Assembly: GCF_022539665.2 (NCBI RefSeq)
Contig: NC_081334.1
Coordinates: 1,302,001-1,366,000, forward strand
Length of the DNA: 64,000 nucleotides
Source of the DNA: Daphnia carinata
Lineage: Eukaryota
Direction: 5' to 3'
Below are positions 55,461-64,000 of this stretch, piece after piece. The stretch's first letter is position 1, and each line of letters begins with the position of its first letter. The position numbers and the translations under genes are program-made. The notes beneath the pieces were generated by a model. That model was given only the letters and a program-made list of their open reading frames with translations. It was not told the origin of the DNA and did no database searches.

Positions 55461-55868
55461 CGGGAATCGATCCTCAGACATTCAGCGTGCAACGCCGATG
55501 CTCGAACATTGAGCCACGAGATATATATAAATTTTTTATTATCGCATATCATATGTTATCGTCTAGGATGTTTATGCAGTCTTTCACAACTATATGTTTA
55601 TCTTTGTATCGCTTTTATAATGTCCATAGCTCTGTGGTAGAGCATTCAGCTGCGATAACTGTTACCCTGGGTTCAAACCTTACTAGATGTATAAAAATCT
55701 ACATCTAAATGGAGAAAATAATATTGCAGTATTGCATTTCAGTTTTATTCAAAGTGTAAATGCAAGTCCGCAAGTGACTAGAAAAAAGCCAACTTGACAT
55801 CATATGATTCATGGCTCATTGGTAAAGCATCGGCGCGGAATGCCGAACATCTAGGGTTCGATCCCTGG
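55461..55868. repeat. Cluster of three tRNA-like repeats in the palindrome spacer (55461-55519 -, 55625-55685 +, 55810-55868 +)
   Basis: A-box-like TGGCTCAATGT/TAGCTCTGTGG/TGGCTCATTGG and B-box-like GGATCGATTCC/GGTTCAAACCT/GGTTCGATCCC occur at tRNA spacing. Confidence 0.7.
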
Positions 55869-56117
55869 ATAATAATTGAATGCTTACAGATAAACTATGC
55901 TTACAGGAAACAATGCTTACCATTAAACGTGGCATAAACAATAAAATTGAATTGCGCAAGCTGAATAAAAAAAAAGTTGATAAATGTAATGTGTGAACAC
56001 AGACAATGAAGGAAACAAATTTTGCAAAAAAATTTTATAAAAAAAAATTTATTGACAATTCTCTGCACATTACAATTATTTTTGCAACTTTAAAAAGGCA
56101 CAATAACCCTTTCAAAA

Positions 56118-56452
56118 GTTGCCGTCAACCCAGGCAGGGGGAGACACTGCCTTGTTGACCCACCGGGGAGATTACCCGGTGATTGGCTAAGAGAAGCCGG
56201 AAGAAGAGCTGAAGATTTGGAACATTTTTACAGGAGCGATTAACCTTTAGTTCGGATTTGTGGGTAGCCACAGAGCCCTCCGTGAACACATCATCGGACT
56301 AAGCGGCACCCCACGTCCCCTTTCCGGCCAGAGCCCTCCAAACCTCGGTATATGTTGTTTTTATATATACCGTACAGTAGGGGCATGACCCCCTACGGGC
56401 TTATTACGAGTCAAGGGGAAACGGGGCTTCAGAAAAGAAGGGAGCCCAGATA
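56118..56452 (-). ncRNA. Structured module B, mirror copy in right arm
   Basis: Reverse complement of 54801-55135. Confidence 0.55.
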
Positions 56453-57194
56453 TGCACTTCAATTTTTTAAATATCAAATACCGTCTGGGGAATCCGAATT
56501 AAGTATAGAAATGTCATGTCATCCATCCAATCAATACAATTTATTCAGTGTCTTGCCCCAACCAAGAATTTTTTCAGATCCAATGTTACTATTAACCTAT
56601 ATTGAGAAAAGAAAAACAACACCGTTAAACATATCAACTGTTGATCATGTAACTTACATGACTCATAGATTCAACTTCTGGTGGAAGCTTGGGGAAGGAC
56701 ATACAAATTGCAGATTAACATCATTGTATAAGGCTCTTGAATGATAAACTAGCACCTGTACAATGTTGCATTGTTGATAGTTGTGTTCCCAGTACATGAA
56801 AATCCTTTCCTTTTGGATAAAATTTTTTTTGGTAGATTAGACCTGGTTGGCAAAAAGGAGGAGAAATTCTTCGTCATAAATTCAAAATTATCTGAAGAAA
56901 AATCCTTTCATACCTAAAGAGTCTATGTATGATGTTCATCTCTGCAATGGCAGCAAAATTAAAACATCTTTAGGGCCATTTAAGTACCCAGTTTCACCAA
57001 CACTCTGAACGTAAAGGACAAGTTATTCTTTAGACAGAGAAGCAGAATTATTTGAGGTTTCTAGCTGTGACAGAACTATAAAGGATTGCTGTTGTACTGG
57101 ATTTATTAACACAAGATGGTACTTCTCATTAGACAATGTGCATACTCTATTACTTTACCTCATACCTTAATGGTAATGCACTCTCAGTGTTTTT

Positions 57195-57926
57195 TCATCT
57201 GTAGGCTGACTCTTCCATCCTGTAACACTTCCAGACTTGATTTGATCCCCCATTAAATTCTGTGAATGCAAAATAATAACATTAAAAATACTTTTTCAAT
57301 AGACATAAAACCGAAAAGTACCTAATCCATGTTTCATGTTGAACTTGTGCCATATCTTGGTTTCCGTACCACACCCATTTTCGGCCCAAATACGGTCCCA
57401 CAATTGTTCACTTCCTTCACTGCATGGGCTTATTACTAACGATTCTTTTTGTGCAGCACTAACAGAATTTAAATTTAACACACTGTCAGGTGGTAGACTG
57501 AATAACTAAACAATAAATAATTGTTTGTTAAAATTCTATACTTATTTGGAATTCTTATTTGAAAAGTTTAGGTACCTGACTGTGTTCGCCTAATGCCAAT
57601 TCATCCTCATGTTCAGTTAGGTTTGAGTTTGGAAAAACCTCCTTCACTGTTTGGAAACTGTTCCGTTCCAATTTGTTCTTTTCCCCTAGCTGAGCTTGTA
57701 GACTCAAACTTTGAGCTACAAAACACAAATGAATAAAAGCAAATAAATAGAATCATTATGTATTAGGCCTTACCATCCTTAGCTTTGCTGTTATCTAATA
57801 TTTTGTGCTGTTGCAATAATTGAGCCTGCAGGTCCATAATTTGATCTAATAAACAATAATTAATAATTCAAAACAAATATAATAATGTTTATACTTACCA
57901 TCCTTTTGTTGTATTATCTTATCCAT
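57195..57926 (-). CDS. Orphan spliced ORF in right arm (5 exons, coiled-coil-like N-terminus); may be a pseudogene
   Basis: MDKIIQQKD|DQIMDLQAQLLQQHKILDNSKAKD|AQSLSLQAQL..., with in-frame GT-AG introns. Confidence 0.45.
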
Positions 57927-59060
57927 TTTTCAATTGTTCCACCAGCCACGCGTTATTCTCCATCCACGCTACTGAACTAACTGCGAATGGCATCCAATGG
58001 ACTGAAATTGCCTACGCCAGTAATAATGAGTCTGAGCGGTAGATGGCTACGTGTCGGAAAAAAAGAAAAAAGTGCGATTTTTAATTTTTTTTCCGCCATT
58101 TTTTTTTATTTTTTTTATGTAAAACGGATTGCCATACATATCCCTGTCCTCTCAAAAGCGATGTGGCCAACACTATGCACTCCATCCATGAGTATTCAAG
58201 GTATCTATTTTTACGGTGTGGTAAAAAGGCTAGGTTTTTAACTTGTGTATTGATACATTTCTAAACAGGATTAGTTGCAAGTTGGTAGATCGCGTCTTGT
58301 ATGCTAACTTGCTAACAGCCATGGATCTAGGTAATTTTTTTGGAATTTACTAGTAGTATTCAGGCCATAGATTTCCATATGTTTACCATATAGGTATGAG
58401 CAACCACAAAGGCTTGGGACACTGGTTACATGTTGTTTTGGTGCATACCTAAAAAAAGTGGAATTTATGAGCTGTTTGACATGACTGTTCTCTGTTAGCA
58501 AACTTGGTTTTTATGTACATCAAAACTTAATACCATTTAACTCAGATATAGCCATCACAGTTTAATTTAAATATTTTTTATTATCATTTTTAGCTCAAGT
58601 GAAAACAAGGATGATGGTTGTTGGAATAATTTTTGCAACAGCTGCGTTTCTGAAAGTGAATGAAGTGTCTGTTTGTTTGGTAAGAAGCAGTGTTTTTAAT
58701 TTGTGTTATTTATCTTGACTGGTACTCGTTAATGATCACTTTCAATATTCTAAGTAGAAATCCGTTTGAAGCCTTTCCCAGCAACAGTCCATATGACGCA
58801 CGCGAAGTAAAGTACAGGAAACAATATGTCGGAGTATCAGGCAGTATCAAGTGGTCTATTTTACCAAGCATTAGCATCATCTAAAACTCAAACACTATTT
58901 GATTTTGCTAAAGATAGTGTATGGAAGAAGATATGGGAAAGTGTATTGATGGATGCATGCTGCCAAAAAAAATTATATTAGATGAAAGGACGACCGAAGA
59001 TCTCCGGATTCATTCATTTTCTCCAATGTTATGGTATTTAAATTAATATATTTCAGTGTA

Positions 59061-59374
59061 TATCTGGGCTCCCTTCTTTTCTGTGGCCCCGTTTCCCCTT
59101 GACTTGTGATAAGCCCGTAGGGGGTCATGCCCCTACTGTGATCAGCAGTAACGGTTGTGAGTGCGCTGTCCGGAAAGGGGACGTGGGGGTCCCCATGGTT
59201 CGATGATATCATTGGAGGGCTGTGGGGCTACCCAAAAATCCGAATTAACGGTTAATCGCTCACGTAAAAGCTTGTCCGCAACCTTCGCTCTTCTTCCGGC
59301 TTCTCTTAGCCACGCACTGGGTAATCTCCCCGGTGGGTCAACTGAGGCAGTGTCTCCCCCTGCCTTGATTGACC
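59061..59374 (+). ncRNA. Structured module B, diverged copy
   Basis: Clearly homologous to 54801-55135. The main stems are retained, internal segments are replaced, and the flanks align only weakly. Confidence 0.55.
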
Positions 59375-59542
59375 GTATTATCTCATGTGTACTGAGATCT
59401 CAATAAAAGAAATAGAAAATAAAAAACGTTTGTAACTACTGACTTACGTAAATTGTAATTATTACGCTGAGGAATCGTGTCTTGAACATTGAAATTTTGA
59501 TAGCTGATAGTGTAATGTTAATCAAGGTTACTACTACCTGTA

Positions 59543-59860
59543 GGTGGGACTCGAACCACCAACGAGATTTTACCATCACAACGCTCGTGAATCTTAACTG
59601 GAAATCATCACACATTACACATTACAATTCAACTCATTTGGGATTCGAACCCTAGACTTTCGACTTACGACGCCGATGCTCAACCACTGAGCCTTGAGTT
59701 TTGTTTGTTTGTGAATATTTCTCTATGTCACCAAAAAACGAGTGATTACTTAAAAAAGTACTGGAAGATACAAAAGTCAACGATATTAGGGGAGGATAGA
59801 TAGCTCAGTGATAGAGTATTGGCTTGATAAGTTAAATGTCGAGTGTTCAAACCGCAGTTT
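59543..59860. repeat. Cluster of tRNA-like repeats (B box 59543-59560 -, 59640-59697 -, 59800-59860 +)
   Basis: Minus strand GGCTCAGTGGTTGAGCATCGGCGTCGTAAGTCGAAAGTCTAGGGTTCGAATCCC; plus strand TAGCTCAGTGATAGAGTATTGGC...TGTTCAAACC. Confidence 0.7.
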
Positions 59861-60600
59861 GGTGAAATGAAGGGGAAAAAGATTTTAGTATTGCACGAAT
59901 TATTCATTGGTGAACGTATCTTAAGAAGTTGTTATAACTAGAAAGTTTAAAACTGATTTCATTGCCGGTACATCAGATAACATTCGGTTTAGCCACGAAT
60001 TACTGAAATAAGCGGTCAACTTACGAAAAATAGAAAAAAAAAGGTGGGTCAAAAGACATTTAGTAGTCCTGTAGTCAATTGATCAATGAAGAAAACAGAT
60101 GATGTTCAATAAGGATGTGTATATCCGATAATTTTCTGTACCGACAATACTGAAATATATTAGGTAAGTACAAAATAGGTGGAAGGATACTCAAAAAGAA
60201 ATTTACCCGTAGGCTTCCAAATGGATTGTGTGCGACAAATATACATAAAAATAGCAGACAGCTGATCAGGTAAACATTCTGGAAGTGGGCAATTAGAAAA
60301 ATCCACTATAAAATTTACAAATTCAATTAGAGCTTCTCATTTCATATAACTTGTTGGGTTTTCTTTTGTAAGTAATACATGGGGAGCTAAAAGGACCATA
60401 GCCGGAACCTAAAGTGAACAGCAACACTGATCACATTCACCTCGTACTAACACACAACAGTACGGCTAAATTACAACCGAATTGTTTATGAAGAATTTAA
60501 ATTAGAGATTTTTCCGTTTAACCTCTGCCTTACTTCCCATCATGAGCAGTGATAATCAAGGCGGTAGGTAACAAAACCGTGATGATGAAAGCAAATCAAA

Positions 60601-63023
60601 TCACAGCTCCCGGACACCGGTTCCATAGTTGGCTCCGCCCGCTTTGTGGACGGCTTCACGGAAGAACTCGTAGTTGAGCTCATCAGGCGACTCAATCTGC
60701 AGCTCGACAGCAAAATTCTATATGAAAAAAAAAGTTTAAGTAAAACAGTCATTACACAACTCTTGCCGCCATCATTTGCAGTTGATCAAGGAAGCATTAA
60801 TGAAAAGAAACCTACAAACCCAACTGGTATAATGCAAAAAACTATTGTCATAATCTAACTATTTAAAAAAAAAAAGAACATTATAATCTTTGTTTAGGTT
60901 CTTTCTCATCAACCGTTGCTATAACATCGACTATTTGAACTGTTTTGATCATCTCTAGCAATAACTCAAACGATTGTTTATTTAATTAATACCATTATAA
61001 TTTCTTTGACGAGGGCCTTGTCGCTGCTGAGACGGGCGCGCTTCATGGTACTGACGTTGGGCCCCAACCAAGTTACAAACAGAAATTTGGTTCGCTTGCT
61101 CATCTCATCACCACTCTGAAATTCAGAAAGAACAAACAACAATGTAAGGGATCTGGCATTCCCGACTTCCCTAGAAGTGGACAGCTGCCAAAATGACAAC
61201 GAATAATCACTGAAGCACAATAACCTGAATACGAACAAATCCAAAAGCCCGTTCATCATCGACGAATTGAGTTCGGAAGTCGGCGAAATCGCTTCCTACC
61301 GCCTTGCTGCAGATTTGGTTGCCTTCAAATTGGAAAACAGCCCTAAGTGAGATATTCCAATGTTAGTTTGGTGATAGTAAGGCATACATATTCTTTTGTG
61401 TGGACAGATTTTTGCATAGAGGACAAGACTTATCTTGTCTCATTAATTACAGAAGAAGAGATTGGTACTGGTTAACAACGGTTTGCTTGAATTCAGGTTG
61501 TTGACTAAGACTTCACTGAGAAAAGAACAGAGGAGTTGAGTTTATTACGATTACATCTACCTCAAGATAAGCCTTGCCAAATCATTGCGGTATTAAATTT
61601 TTATCGAGAACTAGAACCGTCTTGTGTTTCTCTTTCTTCACAGGTTAACCTATGCTATGGGATCCGATGGACTTCAATTGTTTTGAAAACTAGATGGAAG
61701 TCAATGAGCATGTATCCGCGGCGTAATGAATATAGGAACGAGAAAATTCGAGCGAAGGAACAATTTAAAATGGAATAAAATACCAATTCGTTTCGGAGAA
61801 ATCGGAACGGACATCATTGTAAGACTCCCGAACACTCTGGCGATCGATGTGCGTCTCCAGGGTCTGAAACGATAAGAAAAAACAAAACAATGATACAAAT
61901 ATTAAATATGACCGCTTTTAGCAAAACAATTCGAAATAGGATGTAGTATGCATAAAATCAGCAAAGCAACATTGTTATCTATCCCCCCACTGTACCTTAT
62001 GTACACTTTAAGTCGTCGAACAATCACGCACGTTGCTTTTACTTATTTAACCCAATAAAGAAAACGGGTGAATAAGATACACGTCGTGTTCACAAGGTTC
62101 GGTTGTCAACAAACTAGAAGAACAGTTGTGCGAAAACAAAGCCAGGACATGCAACCAGCATCCGTAATAGCTATCAGAACTACCGGCGTAGATTAGCTCA
62201 TGTAGGACCGTATGTGCAGCAAAACGAGTCACGACTATAACGATAACCGTTCTAAAATAAAAAATAAGGAAAAAAGTGGAAGAAAAATATGTTGGACTAG
62301 CGGAATGTTGTTCAGGAACGGAATATTCTAATTACATATTAATCTAAGTCGGCCATAAAACGTGATATTAAACTTCGATGGGGGCAGTATCATTAGGAAG
62401 TGGATGGACCACCTGAGCAACTGCAAGGGAGTCCGCAAAATTCGATAGCAATAAATGAAACGGGATAATGACTTCCTAAAACGACTTCAAGAAACGAGTG
62501 CATTTTTCTCGATGAATGATGCAATCGCCCAAATTGATAAAACGAACAAGATTGCGGTTATTTAAATGGTCTGATTTGTTTTTGTAAAAAAAAAAAAAAA
62601 AAAAAACGTAAATTTTTTTAGTGATATTTACACAGTATTGGAGGTCAATGTTCGTCAAACTGAAATGGTAACTGACAGCCCAACAGTTCGAGGAACTGCA
62701 AAAATAGACTGAGCACGACATACAAGAAATACGATTAAGACATTATCGACCAACAACGGCGGCCATTATAGCACCTAAACACACTACGATCCAATTGTTT
62801 TACATTTTCTCTCGTGCACTCCTTTACCTCTTTTGCAAATTCAGAAACTTTATTGAATCAATCTTAACTCTAATCTAAAACTTCAACATCAGATTGTTAC
62901 AAAGTTAGACACGAAACGCCACCTCTCAAAAATAGAAACGAGCTGTTCAATTTTTATAACAATTCAAATGCTATTTACCTTGTTGCGAAGACTGACTCGG
63001 CTGCTATTTTCTCTGCTGAACAT
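60601..63023 (-). CDS. COTL1: Coactosin-like protein (ADF-H domain)
   Basis: RESYNDVRSDFSETNW|AVFQFEG...DDERAFGFVRIQ|SGDEMSKRTKFLFVTWLGPNVSTMKRARLSSDKALVKEII|NFAVELQ...KAGGANYGTG. The first exon 63023-62979 (CCACCATG context, phase 0) is inferred. Confidence 0.92.
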
Positions 63024-64000
63024 GGTGGACATGCAGTCAAATGTGCTGCACGCGACCCTTTTCTTTGTAACCGGTACAGCAAACTTTAACACACTGTCAA
63101 CCTAAAAGCACTGACTATACTGATGTTTACCAAACAGACAATTGAGAACAAAATAAAGGAATAAAACTATAAAAGCCCCAAGATGCTGTAACACACAGAA
63201 GATATTGGTCGATCCAATTCGTGAACACGCTGGTTCAATCAGAGACTAAGAAAGGCTCAGGATTGTGATATCAAAAAAGACAGAGATAGGGAGGTTTTCC
63301 GAGAGCTAGCTTCAGCGACCATCTGAAAGGTATGCCTAGACGTGTGTGCGAGCCGACTTGAAACATTGTGGTGTGAAATAGCCTAAGGCTAATCGCATTT
63401 GTGAATTGTTGCAAACTTAACATTTGTTTTGGTTTTTTGCAAACGAAAATAAGTTTTTTAAGGCAAGAGTGTTTCCGTTTGCTATGCAAATCGAGTCTTA
63501 TGAGCTGTTTTTTTTAAATTATTTAAATATAATTTTTATTTTTTTGCGAACTTTCCTGGAATCGACAACTCTAGTGTTTTCACTCTCTAAATAATGTCGA
63601 TAACGCATAAAATTCTTCAGAAAAGCTTAGAAATTTAAATTTTTTTAATACCGAACTATTTTTTTTTTAAATGATCTTTTGAATGATTCAAATGCACGGT
63701 CAGATTCCTTTTTTCCCTTCGCAAAAAGCCAGCTTCGTAGAACTCACACCAGAGGCCTTGAACTGACGCACTTGCGTGCATGATTCACCTTCAGTGGCTC
63801 CAGAGTGGCAAAGAATCCTCCCCTCTTTTTTTTCTGCTTGAATTTCGATATTAATCAAACGGTGTGACAGACCTTTTTCTAGCAATGTTAGTCTTTGTTT
63901 GTTCTGCTACTGACATTTTGTTATTTTCAGAACTTGCGTACGTTAATTTAGTTTGGATTCTGCGCAAAGATGCGAGTAGCAAGTTTTTCCCGACATGTCA

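Larger units (their letters stand above)
53250..58136. repeat. Large inverted duplication: arms ~53250-55323 and ~55930-58136 with a ~0.6-kb spacer
   Basis: The arms are near-identical reverse complements, shown by identical mirrored ORFs 54509-54901/56352-56744 and 53772-53957/57296-57481. They differ by a few substitutions and one 134-bp indel. Confidence 0.97.

Noticed and set aside
56300..56440. RNase MRP/P RNA (GTCCCC ... ACGGGGCTTCA)
   Set aside because: GAAAGTCCCC is absent, the GGGGCTYA-like word is not kept in the 59-kb copy, and the longest stem favours the opposite strand.
54509..56744. Mirrored 130-aa ORFs and the related ORF 58973-59212 as proteins
   Set aside because: They have non-ATG starts, the shared peptide covers only the nucleotide-conserved structured module, and no domain was recognised.

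Overview
Eukaryotic DNA with short 55-75 nt GT-AG introns and compact genes. A small-genome crustacean such as Daphnia is inferred from intron size and a Tyr/Thr-repeat gene family; this is not confirmed. There are four zones. (1) 1-17.1 kb is a homopolymer/microsatellite-rich non-coding tract with no credible ORF. (2) 17.1-33 kb is a repeat-rich accessory zone with two tandem arrays carrying CTCF-like motifs, a Tyr/Thr-repeat pseudogene, a non-autonomous DNA transposon with an 8-bp TSD, a 33-bp P-element-type excision footprint, and a highly structured, pseudoknot-capable RNA-like element followed by tRNA-like repeats. (3) 34.6-53.1 kb is a conserved gene cluster: six-finger C2H2 factor, TUBGCP2, ACAT1, C5orf63-like glutaredoxin, importin alpha, NUDT18, TRAPPC5. 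(4) 53.2-60 kb holds a 4.9-kb palindrome (two ~2.1-kb arms) and a neighbouring cassette, each carrying a second structured RNA-like element followed by tRNA-like repeats; a coactosin-like gene follows. The best candidate for an undescribed system is the recurrent cassette [spliced orphan unit] - [GC-rich folded RNA-like module] - [cluster of tRNA-like A/B-box repeats]. All structures were derived by eye; no folding program or database search was run.
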